Positions 24,333 to 35,633 of a stretch of DNA of 56,286 nucleotides are shown here, in pieces (within the stretch, counting starts at the first letter, position 1; each line of letters begins with the position of its first letter). The stretch is from positions 1 to 56,286 of the forward strand of contig MQRK01216833.1 of NCBI GenBank assembly GCA_001938485.1, written 5' to 3'. The DNA is from Girardia tigrina. Its lineage: Eukaryota. The translations under genes were made by a program, and so were the position numbers. The notes under the pieces are model-generated. The model was not told where the DNA came from, did no database searches, and was given only the letters and a program-made list of their open reading frames with translations.

Positions 24333-25783
24333 AGGTGTGTCCACTAAAAACGTGCACAAGTTTTAAAACCATCATAACTTTTTAATTAGACCTTCAAATT
24401 GACGGAAATCTGAACAAAGACTAGATCATAATAACACAATAACTATTTTATTATATCGACTATTAAGGCCATAAGAGTTAGCAAGCATTATTCTTTGTCT
24501 AAAATTTGCAAATAATGTCCTAAAATATAAATTGTTAAACTGCTTTGCTTTAGTTTTGATTCTGCGAATCAACAGGTCTTCAGAATCAGCAGTCCAACCC
24601 TTTTCATACACCTTCTTCTTTAAATGAGCCCAAAACTTTTCAATTGGGCGTATTTGGGGAGCACAAGGTGGATTCGAATCTGTTTTGACAAATGGAATTT
24701 TGTTGTTCTCTAAGCACTTCAGACTTGCTTTGGCGTAGTGACAAGAAGCAAGATCTGGCCAGAAGATGAAGTGACCAGCTGGGTATTTCTCATTCAGATA
24801 AGGAAGCAAACGCTTCGTTAAGCACTCGGAGATATAAATATCCGAATTAGAAGCTACAGATTTCCGTTTCCTGATGTACAGGTTTGAAATGCCTCGTCTG
24901 GAAACAGTTGCCCAAACCAAAACTTTTACTGTGAATTTCTCTCGAAATTTAAGGCGAATATTATCAGGAACATCACCAAACTTCTTTTGGTCCACATAAT
25001 AACCCGATGTCATTGCTCCGGTGAGTGTAAAATACGATTCATTATCAAGTACAAAGTCGGTTTTGGTCTTTTCCACAACAATTTTAGAGAGATTTTGCAA
25101 CCTGGCTTTCTGGCGAATAATCTGTGTCGAAGTAACCTTTGGGGCTTCTTTACTCTTTCGAAACACTATGTTATTAGTCTTGAGCATCTTATGCATGTAA
25201 GACTTTGAAACATTCATTTCTCTAACTAACTTTCGCACATTTTGTCCAACAGTCAAAGTTGCACGCTGCAGAAGTCTCTTCCTTTTGTCTGACGTCATTT
25301 TAACAGGTTGCCTTCTACCTCCTAATTTTCTTTCAATGCTGCCGGTCTTCTCATAGCGTTGTATTATTGCATATATACCTCTTCTGGAAAAATGAATGCC
25401 AGTAAACTTTGTCACAGTCTCACTTTTACTGTGCGTTTTGAAAAAATTGATTATATCTTCATGTCGTTTTGAAATCATTATAATTGTCTCTAAAATAAAA
25501 CATTCGTGGCGTTTTTGTCGTAGATCCCATCATTTCTTTGATAAGCAAAACTATAGACATAATCTTTATAATAAACACAAAGACATGCTTCCAATATCCT
25601 ATAAGAAATAAAAACCTTCCAATAAATGTATTTGAAGAGATTTCTTTGATTAAACCAAAAATTTTAAATACCTGCTTTATTATTTCTAACCTATTAAAAC
25701 AAATATTTAAATTCCAAATTTACGAAATTAAATAATATTACATTAAAAAGTTATGATGGTTCACTTTTTTAGTGGGCACACCT
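24333..25783 (-). mobile_element. DD37E (ITmD37E-type) transposon, full length
   Basis: TIRs AGGTGTG(T/C)CCACTAAAAA(C/A)GTG..AACCATCATAACTTTTTAAT, with the right copy lacking 12 nt. TA flanks at 24331-32 and 25784-85. Confidence 0.92.
24426..25478 (-). CDS. DD37E transposase, 350 aa, uninterrupted ORF; first catalytic Asp appears to be Asn
   Basis: True ATG and N-terminal HTHs. Motifs FVLDNESYF, FWPDLASCHY and NPPCAPQIRPIEKFWAHLKKKVY, with 37 residues counted between D (WPD) and E (PIE). Confidence 0.92.
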   Translation of the reverse strand: MISKRHEDIINFFKTHSKSETVTKFTGIHFSRRGIYAIIQRYEKTGSIERKLGGRRQPVKMTSDKRKRLLQRATLTVGQNVRKLVREMNVSKSYMHKMLKTNNIVFRKSKEAPKVTSTQIIRQKARLQNLSKIVVEKTKTDFVLDNESYFTLTGAMTSGYYVDQKKFGDVPDNIRLKFREKFTVKVLVWATVSRRGISNLYIRKRKSVASNSDIYISECLTKRLLPYLNEKYPAGHFIFWPDLASCHYAKASLKCLENNKIPFVKTDSNPPCAPQIRPIEKFWAHLKKKVYEKGWTADSEDLLIRRIKTKAKQFNNLYFRTLFANFRQRIMLANSYGLNSRYNKIVIVLL

Positions 25784-26237
25784 TACTTCTAAATTGTTTT
25801 GTTAAGATAACTGATAGAATTATTATTAAAAGATTTATAATCGTAAAACTAGAGTAATCTCCTTGACGAATCTCAGAAGTTCCTTCATCATTCGTCATCA
25901 TTCAAATTAGCGTTATTTCTCGATTTTAATAACAATTATTCAACAAATTTTCTCATTTTTTAATAAAATTTATGATTTTTTTTTAATTTTAAAATATATT
26001 CGTTATAAAATTATTAGATATTCGTTATAAAATTATTTGATTTTTGCGTTTTTAACCTGAAAATTATTTTATTTAAATTTCCTTCAAAATTCAGTTTGTA
26101 ACTGTATTTTTAAATATAATAATATTACAAACGCTTAGTTTATATTTTAATTTATTTTAAAAATATTTCATCAAATTATAAAAGTTAAATTATAAAATTA
26201 ATTCCAACATCTAAAATGTTTTTGAAACTTTAAACAT

Positions 26238-26280
26238 TTTGCGATTAATTTTGATGGATCAATCGTCATCATCAGGCGAA
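26238..26280 (-). ncRNA. Decayed minimal type-I hammerhead ribozyme (Penelope pLTR-like)
   Basis: Minus strand: TTCGC-CTGATGA-T-GACGA-TTGAT-CCATC-AAAA-TTAA-TC-GCAAA. Core G12 is changed to A and stem III is the palindrome ATTAAT. TATATAAAG lies ~20-30 nt upstream. Confidence 0.65.
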
Positions 26281-26789
26281 GCTAAATCAATATAACTGAT
26301 CTTTATATATCGAAGGATTGATAAACTATTCATTTCGTAATCACTAAAACCTCAGAATATTTTCAATAAAGCTGAAGAGGATGGTGTTTGATTGTTGATT
26401 TTTGGATCATGAGTCTTAATCATCAATGATTCACACATCCCCCTTCCTAGTAATTATCAAATTTTGAACATAATATTTTAAAATTACTTAAATCTTCTAT
26501 ACTATTTAAACATTTATGTTAATGTTGAGTCATGTAATACATCTAATATCAATGTCCGTGAATTCGTTTACAGAGATGATGAAATATCTCTCCGGAGTAT
26601 ATGAAAGTAAACGAAGAAAAATTTACAGCCGAAAAATTATCTTTGTTACATTTTATTATAAAATTCTTGAATTTTTCGAAACCCTCAGAAAAGGTATCTT
26701 TAAAACAAATCACAAATCAATAATATTGTTGTAATATGTGTTTTTTTTTCTTTTTTTCTTTCGTTGTCTTTTAAAGATGAGTTATCCTC

Positions 26790-27049
26790 TTAACTTATCC
26801 GCTTGTGGATCTTCTTTGAGAACAGTTAGTATCTCCTCTTCCAAATTGTATGACAGCCGTCCACTGCGTGGCTGATCCTAAAAGACAAAGTTTCCACGAT
26901 TGCATTTTGCTACTCAGTCACAGCATGTTCTGAGGCCAACTGTGAATTCACCAAGGATGCAGTTGATTTCTTTGATTATTGGCAGTTCACCGTCCTCTCT
27001 TCCAGTTGTAATAAATGATTTTTTTAATATCTTCTCAAGAAAACTGCAT
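26790..27049 (-). pseudogene. Mariner transposase N-terminal relic
   Basis: ATG at 27049: MQFS*EDIKKIIYYNWKRG, a frameshift, then IKEINCILGEFTVGLRTCCD*VAKCNRGNF..DQPRSGRL (mariner HTH plus RSGRP-like linker). Not in the ORF track. Confidence 0.8.
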
Positions 27050-27599
27050 TTTCAGTACGAATACTCACTAGAAAAAAGAAAAACATTCGTAATAGATTTA
27101 AACAATGTTTAATTTGATACAAATTAAGTATTTTATTATAAAAGTTCTGTTTAAATTGTGGAAATTTAATATGTATTGTTAATAAAACTACTGAAGAGTA
27201 CATGGTAAAAATTTCATTACCGCGAATGCCTAGAACTAATTTTAGAAACCTTTATACATCGGCAGAACCTTTTGAGCCAAACCTGTAATTCTTTGTCTTT
27301 TTTGCTCCAGTAAATTGCAATCGAAGCTGAATCTTTTTAGTGAATAGTATTATCCCGAATCTGAGTAAAGATTAATAGTTTTCATGTAGAGAATTTTTCT
27401 AGTTTGAATGTGATCGTGGATTTCTGTATTCTAACGGCTGTTATATCAAACAAAGATGTTTATTTTCTCTTTTGTCACAAATTATTGTGTGTTTTTGACT
27501 AAAGAAAATAATTCTTCACCAACTAACTAATTCAGTCGTAGTTGAATATAGCACAAGACGCAGTAAACACTGTTATGCCAATGTAAATTATTATCACTA

Positions 27600-28558
27600 C
27601 TAGAAAAAGACCCGTCATATATGACGGGGAGCGGAATTTTCGACTTTAAAAGTTTCTGTTTTAATTTTTAGATCGTAATTAATTATAATTTATTATTTAT
27701 TGTTTTGAATTCTGTGTTGATTTAACAGTCAGTCAGTTAAATCGGCTCTCTGAGCCTTTCAGCAAAGGAGCTGTAATGACAGAACCATATCTATGTGGAA
27801 TATGCAGAGTTATCTCAACTTTACGTGGATTCACTCACTGTTCCTCCACTATTTCGCATTTATGGTTGTCCATAAATGACGTCACGCAATTTTAGCGGAT
27901 TTTCAACTCCCTCCCCTCGTCAAATTTCGTCACAAAAAGCCTGACTCTTTATTCCCTCGTCACACTTCGTCACATAATTCTTTCACTAAATACTTCAAAT
28001 TTCGATTTGACGTCACATTTCCCAAACCCCCCTCCCCCCACGTCACAAAATTCTGCCCCCCTCCCCCCTCCTGCGTGAAGTCTTTATAAACGGTCCCTTT
28101 ATCAGCATACATATGATCACAGTAAAATTTGAGCTTGACCGACAAACCGTGAATCAGATGATAAAAAATTTTGCAAATTTAAGCTAAATTGATTTTTAGA
28201 AATATAATTAGTAAATAAGTGATAGAAATCGTCAGTTATCAAATAAATTAGTATTTTATTAGTATTTTCACAAAACTTTTCACGAAATTCCCTGTAGGAA
28301 TCATCAAAATCGTCATTATTCGAAATCGGTGTTAATTTAACCGTTTAACGACTTGTACGGTTTTCGATCGATTTCATCGGCTTCCGGGCGTCTTTCGGCA
28401 TAGGTGCTACACCGACAAAATTGTAGTCATGCAGGCTATCCAGATTGACTAAGTCCTTAAATGGATTCACTCTGGTTCCTCCTCAATTTCACATTGAAAA
28501 TTGTGACCGACAAACAAAAAAACAAATAAACACACTTTTTAGACAAATATGATATAGA
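27600..28558 (-). mobile_element. Non-autonomous Helitron
   Basis: The minus strand starts A|TC (28558) and ends CTAG|T (27600). A perfect 18-bp palindrome CCCGTCATATATGACGGG (27611-28) lies 11 nt from the 3' end. TTTG-type microsatellite near the 5' end. No TSD. Confidence 0.9.
27863..28098. mobile_element. PIF/Harbinger-type MITE nested in the Helitron
   Basis: Decayed TIRs GGTTGTCCATAAATGACGTCACGCA and TGCGTGAAGTCTTTATAAACGGTCCC, TTA on both flanks, internal CGTCAC repeats and C-runs. Confidence 0.75.
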
Positions 28559-29484
28559 TAAGCGATTTTGATTTTTAATGTTTATGACTATAAATATTTA
28601 AAATAACATTAATAATAATTTTAAGAAGATAATCTTAATAATAACATCTTATATAAATAAAAATTAATAATTGTAAAAATAGATAACATCTAATTTTAAT
28701 ATATACTTTATATATGTCACTACAATTTTCATCCAAATAAAGTTAAGAGTAAAAACGCTTTAATAAAATTTTAAGCTAAAGAAATATAATTTTCATGATG
28801 AAATATAAAAGAAAACCTAATTATATCATTATACTGAAATTTTTTGTTTTAATTAATTGTAAATTAATGGACAGTATACCTTCGGGATCAGTGGGATTTT
28901 GTCTTGGATTTTCTTGGCGGGCCAGAAAAACTATAGATTCAAAAAACCTATAAATTATTGTTACAGGTAAGACACGTGTTTCCTGCCTTATTTTCGTTTG
29001 AAAGATATATACAGAACTCTTTTTTAGATATTATAATAGAATTAAAGCGAAAATTATCATTTTTAGGAAGTAGAAAGTTGTATAAAAGATTTTCAATTAC
29101 ATTATTATTTTGTTTGGTTAAAATTATGTAAATAAATAAAATATTATTGTATTTTTTTTTGTTTACAATACATAACCATTTTACAAAAATATTTATTTTC
29201 ACTAAAATATTTTTATAAAATTTGGACTGATTATATCAACTTTTAGTGTAAAATTGTTATATATTGTAAGGGTTTAGTTGCACTACAAATTACAATTTAA
29301 AAAGTGATCAATAGTTTATTTTTCAGATATAATTAATTGTTAAAAATGTCACTAAACATTTTAGCTTTCAAACCAGGGCTTCTGAACGAAGTCTATTGAT
29401 TATTGAGGATAGTCGATAAAAATCAGAAAATAATCAATAATAAACTTTATTTTATTGCATATAGTAAAATAATATATAATTTTT

Positions 29485-29969
29485 TGTGATCCTCTCACAC
29501 GGCTTAGAATACAAGAGTGTGAGCTTTCAATGTGTTGGCACGCTTCGGCTTCTTTCAAAGAAATGACCAGTCATATTTCTTCCTTCCGTGATACTGAAGT
29601 CTTTTGACTGTATAAACGCACTTATTATAACGGGGAAATGGGCAGTTAAACACCCCCCTTTTCATTTTATTATCCAACCGAAAACTCAGTACCACACTAG
29701 AGATTACTCCTGGATAGTCCACATCAGTTACACCGACAGACACTGACATATCATGTTCAGCGTTCAAGTTCAAATGTTCAGTGCGTATCTCTGTTTCTAC
29801 TCTTTGTACTGCATATGTGTTTGTATTACGATTAACTTGGATTCGATTATCAATTAATAGATGACGTTGTAGCCATACAACAGTTTTTTAAGTTTCGTGG
29901 CAGTTCTCTCTGGGACATATGAATGAACCACCACCTCTCTGTGTTGTCAGCACCGTGGCCAGAGGCACA
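29485..29969. mobile_element. Putative solo LTR (485 bp)
   Basis: Inverted termini TGTGATCCTCT and AGAGGCACA. Flanks TTTTT / TTCTT (4/5, low complexity). Sharp GC rise relative to the flanks and a TATAAA at 29611. Confidence 0.5.
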
Positions 29970-30184
29970 TTCTTATAAAATAAATAATTTTAAAGTATTA
30001 AGTAGTTAATTAAAAATTATTGGGAGAGTCTCGTGTGAGACATTATTAATTAAAGCGGTAATTCCACAATAAATATCTAATCAAGTGAGTCACTTGAAGT
30101 GACTCGTCAACTTTGTTGAAAGTGTTTGCGTGAAAAATTAATTGCGTAATTAAAAATAAGCTTTGCAGCTAGGATCAGAAGTTC

Positions 30185-30217
30185 CTGATGATGACGGATA
30201 TTCCGTAGAAATAAATT
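30185..30217 (+). ncRNA. Decayed hammerhead-like motif in a Penelope pLTR-like end
   Basis: CTGATGA-T-G-ACGGA-TAT-TCCGT-A-GAAA followed by AATAAA. Stem II is intact apart from its closing pair. Stems I and III are not recoverable. Confidence 0.5.
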
Positions 30218-31234
30218 TAAATAAAATATGTTATTATAAACACTCGTTTCCTACTTTATAAAAATAACTTGCTATTATTTTTTTCAATTTAACAAAAAAA
30301 TAAAGATTCCAAAATAAATATTTTTTGAAAGAAAAATATCGTATCTTATTAAAATAAATGAACAGTTTCAACGCAATTAACAATGAGGTTCAATAAACCT
30401 ACTCTACCCCTTCTTTTCTTTTGAACACTTGAATTCTACTTTTCTCGAGCTCATCAAACTTCAATCTATCTTTTAAAGAGTATCTTTTAGAAACGAATTA
30501 TCACAAATTATTTTGAAGATAAAATATATAATAATTAATTCAATCTTTTATTACTGTATTAATGGATATCAAAAGGAAATAAATATAAATTCAGTGCGTC
30601 CATATACATCTTTGAAACAATTTACTTATTTTACGGAAGTTGAATATTAATGATAATGATTAAAATAGCAAAAATAATGATAAATTTCTTGAATATTAAC
30701 TAATTATATTTTATTAATAAAAATTTAATTAACATTATTTAATTTTTAAAAAATAGTAAAATTCATTTATTAATTAAAGGATATTGATAAAAGTAGTTAA
30801 GTACATTAAAAAAATAAAATAAAAGCAAAAAAGTTTTTTAAAAAAAATTATTGAAACAAAATAATCATTCTGAATTTGAATAAATATTTATTAATTAAAT
30901 TATTGATTTAATTAAGAAAATACTTTAAATTGAAAATTTTCAGATAGAAATATGAATGGATTAAAATTCGAATATTTTTTAATACTTTTAATTTATATTA
31001 TGTTTTTTTAATCTAAATATAGAATAGGAGACAAAAATAATAAGATAATATAAATGATAAAAGTTTGATTAAAAAAATTATAAAATGAGAAAATGAAATA
31101 AAATCTGAAAAATATATTAAAAATATTTTGTTTGTTTTATTATTCGTATAATTTTTTTAACTAAAAATAAAAAATATGTTTATAATTTTATTTACAACAA
31201 ATGTTTTACCTTCCTGAGCTCTTTACTAATACAA

Positions 31235-31628
31235 AAAAATAATTATTATAATTTTATACTTGTCTCTATTTGAATATTGCAGAGTTATTTAAAGAAAATT
31301 GAACTATAAGTAGAAATGACGTGCTAAATTCGAAACAGGGGCCTGAAAAACAGAAATGAGATCCCCTTAAACTATTAGTTCCAAAACGTTGGTGTCAGAA
31401 CTTGTATTTTTATTTTACTTTGAAATATCATTTTCACAGTAGTAATTCATAAGTAATTTTCAATGAAATAAGAATAGGTGCTAATATAGTTTAAAGAAAT
31501 AAAATAATTACCAAAATAAAAATAAATTATTATTACAGTATTACAAAAATAAAAAAATTGTCTTTAAAAAATGTTTAACACCATTTTTCAAAATTTATTT
31601 TACGTGATCAGTTTTACTCAATTGGATA

Positions 31629-31666
<38 letters not shown>

Positions 31667-32340
31667 CCAAAAAAATGTTCGACCAACAGTTATTAATATC
31701 AAATATAGTACAAGTTTAAGTGTTCGGTACCTTTCAGGTTTCCCTAGGGACTCAGCAGTGGATTTGGAGCTCGGGCATTTCATGATGGGCCCAAAAATAT
31801 TTTTCAGACAAATCATCATTTGGCTGAAGTGAAATATTTTTATGTATCTGTAGTATCAAATCAAATCCAAAAAACTTTAAGTTCGATCAATAAATTTGTT
31901 TATTTAAAAATCTCCAAAAATCAAATTGTTTCAATAATTGCAAGAAAATTTAAATGACTTTTCAATATTCGTTTTACAAAAATACAAAAAAAAGCGTGAA
32001 AAACAAATTTTCGTTTTATAAAAATAAATTTGTTGAATCGTATATCGTGATATAAAAAAATTCAATTGTTTTCAAAAAATTTTTCGATCAAAAAAATTCG
32101 AAGCCAAAAAAAATATTGTAATATTATAAAAAAATTATAATAATTTTATACTTGTCTCTATTTGAATCCAAATGAGTAAAATTGAGCACGTAAAATAAAT
32201 TTTGAAAAATGGTGTTAAACATTTTCTAAAGACAATTTTTTGTAATACTGGTTCTTTAAACTATATTAACACCTATTTCAACAAATTTTTTGATCAAAAA
32301 AATTCGAAGCCAAAACAAATTTTGATATTATAAAAAAAAT
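31235..32340. repeat. Complex local direct plus inverted duplication around a (TA)n tract
   Basis: 31475-31627 is inverted (with deletions) at 32166-32277. 31235-31276 is repeated at ~32130-32167, and ~32078-32135 at ~32283-32339. (TA)n at 31634-31663. Confidence 0.8.
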
Positions 32341-33847
32341 TAAGTTATTTTTAATATTATCAACTCTGATCAGGTTCGTTGTGATTGGTCAACCAATCAG
32401 ATCGAGCTATTCCATTCAACCTCAAATATTTCGACACCCAAAGTGGAAACAATAAATCGACTCCTAACGAGTCACCTGTGCACACAATATCATATCTGAA
32501 GTTGATTTACTTCTATTTTTTTAATTTTTTGAAATCTCCATTGTATAATAATTTAAAATATTTTTATATGCAAAATTTCTTCCTCTCTTTTTTTTAACCG
32601 ATAACTGGAGCGACCACTTAATAATAGGTCTTCCAGAGATGTCGAATAAAAGGAAAAAATAAAATACATAACTATAAATATTTCAAATTAGTATAAATAA
32701 ATATTGTTATTATTTATAATATATTATTTAATTTAAATTAAAAAATGAATTATGGTTCATGTCTTCAATCTACAATCTTCATTAAGTACATTAGGTGTTT
32801 AGAAGTGTTTCGGAATCTTTGCAAGAAACTTGTTTATTCAATGCCCACACACATGAAAACTATTTTAATTGGTGCATTTGTGTTATATGGTCATTTATAA
32901 TTTAGTTTAAATATATGAGTGTGAAACTTAGTATACATGTTAATTGGTGACAAAAAGGTCACTACAAAAAACAATGTTTGAATGTCTTAGAAATATATGA
33001 AAAATACTAATAATGTTTCATAATTGAGTTATAATATTGTTTTGTCTTCAAATTTTGATTGTAAATAAAGGTTTTTGTTAGATTTTATAAACACTTGTGG
33101 TTTTTCCCAACCATTTTATCCACAACTGTATATTTTACTGTGAATAATATTTTTTATTCTTATCATAAACTTTTATTGGATGCAAAACTTTTATTTTACT
33201 TTATATCTATCATGATTTTGGTTATATATATTACGTTAGAATACGTTTTTATAGATCTGGTAATACACTTTTCTAAGTTGGAAACGGTTAAATTATTTTG
33301 ACAAAACTAGTAGATATTTGTTTTAAATATTTTATACGGATATTAAGTAATTATACAAAAAAATCTAAATGACTTTATATTGAAGTTCATCATAGCGAGA
33401 AGGAAAATTTTGAAATGCAGACTTAATTTTTTTTTAAAAATGTAACTTATATTTCTTCAGAAATAACTCTTTTGATTCGTTATTATTAAATGTTCACTAA
33501 TGTAACAAAATAATTCGAAGGAACAAAAGCATTCATAACAGATAGCCTCCACTAATAAAAGGAACAGCCAAACAAGTCTCGTTTTAAGAGTTGTTTTGTA
33601 TCTTAAAATCAAATTTTGTATCTTTTAAATCAAATTTTAGAATTTAGCTAAATCAACTTGGAGAAAGATTTTTTTCGAACCAAACTGGATAAAGATTGGA
33701 AAAATAAATCTAAAAAGTATTAGCTATTTGTAGCATAAGTTATTCAACTTCTTCTATTAAGTCGAATAAAGTTAATACAAATAAATGTGTTTGTGGTATT
33801 TATATAATTCTTAATAATAAGTATAATATTGTTAATTATGTTTCCAC

Positions 33848-34636
33848 AAATCTTATTCAGATAGATTATCGATCAATTTCGTTTACTCTCTGCAAAACCT
33901 TTCAGAAGAATATGTTCAAAAAAGGCTTACTAATATATATTACTTCGATCTCTAAAGGTGAAATTGTCTTCATGGACAATATCGGGAACCAGATAACAGG
34001 AATTATGCATAAAACATATAAATCAATATTAAAATTGAGAAAAAATTGAAAGAATTTTGCAGTGATAAATTCTAATTTTATTAGAAAAGATAAAATCTTC
34101 AGAACCCTTTCAACAGTCTTTTAGAAAATTAGTTTGTGGTTAAAAAATATATTAATACAATAAATACTTTTTTGTTTTTATTTTTAAAAATCTGTGGAAC
34201 TAATGTGTATTTTGTAACAGAGTCATTAAAAAATCATATTTAATCTGAAAATGTTTTAGAATCATTTTACTTAAGTCATAAAAAACCTTTAAAAACAAAT
34301 TTTCTCTAACAGATGGCTCGGTTTGAATATAAAAACATTTATATTCAAATAAACTATTTACAAGTATCACAAGTCTTTATAATCTATATACATACAAGGC
34401 ATGAAATAAGACGACGCATTTTGAGATAGAAATCCCATTATCAGATCAATCCACAGCATGTATTAAACGAACACATTATATGGGAGAGACTATGCAATAC
34501 TTTAAAAACATTTTACAAATAAATCAATGAATAAAAATGAATTTATTTCATAACTCGAAAAATTAAAAAAAATACACTATAAATCTTATTCAGATAGATT
34601 ATTGCTCAATTTCGTTTACTCTGTGCAACCTTTCAG
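33848..34636 (+). repeat. ~58-bp imperfect direct repeat pair (33848-33906 and 34581-34636)
   Basis: AAATCTTATTCAGATAGATTAT(C/T)G(A/C)TCAATTTCGTTTACTCT(C/G)TGCAA(AA)CCTTTCAGA occurs twice, ~730 bp apart. Confidence 0.85.
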
Positions 34637-35633
34637 ACTAACGCAAACTATTCAAATGCGTCTTAGTAATTTCTTTTCCTTCCATCTCCAAATAAATATA
34701 TATATCTCCTTAAAAAATCAAAATGTAGCTGCATTTTCTTCGAAATCAAAACATAAAACAGGTGATTTAGACAAAAGTATTATAAATTTATTTATTGACT
34801 AATCAATTTTTATGTTACCAGGTACTCCAAATGTTTTTAACATTTAACAACAGGTTCATAAATATGCCATTTTCATAAGAAGAAAATTTAAGACAAAATT
34901 TACAAAATCCTTAGTATAAAAAACTATGCTGCATGTTGTTTACCTAATATCAACCATGTAACTTAAACTTTATTTTTAATAATGTGTAGGCCAGGGGTTA
35001 CATGTTAAAGATTTTTGAGTATTACTTTAGTAGTTATAATATTGTTTAAGAAATTTGATAAAATTTTTTGAACGGGCAAAATGATTTGTCTACAGTTGCG
35101 CTGGAAGTAGGGGCGAAGGGGCGGCCGCCCCAGTAACTTTATGTGACAGGGGGCGAAGTACATGTTTGACGAAAGTAAGTTCCAGCTGTTTCACGAGCAT
35201 GTAAGTAACTACAATACCATTCTTATCTATCTCATTTCTCTCTCAAACAATAAACAAAATATACTTATTCACATGTCAAATCTGCACGCAGTAGACACCT
35301 ACCCCCTCTATTTCATCTCCTCTCATTTACACACTAATATTTAGACATCCACTCAGCTACTCTCAAAATGATATTCAGCTATTCATTTTCTAATAGGCCC
35401 AACAAGTCGATAAATATTCTAGAACATTTTCTTTTCTCTCTCCATTGTAACTCACATTATGTGAGTCACATATCAAATAACTCCATGTCACACACCCCAT
35501 TCACACACACTCTCATGTAACACATACTCTCCCCTTCACATCCATTCTGGCACACTAGAAATTATTTTGCATTTTTGAACTTCTCGTATCACGTAATTTG
35601 CTAAATCATTTACACGAAATTACAACATATTGA

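Noticed and set aside
32745-32900. 51-codon ATG ORF (MNYGSCLQ..)
   Set aside because: No domain signature, and the length is within chance expectation.
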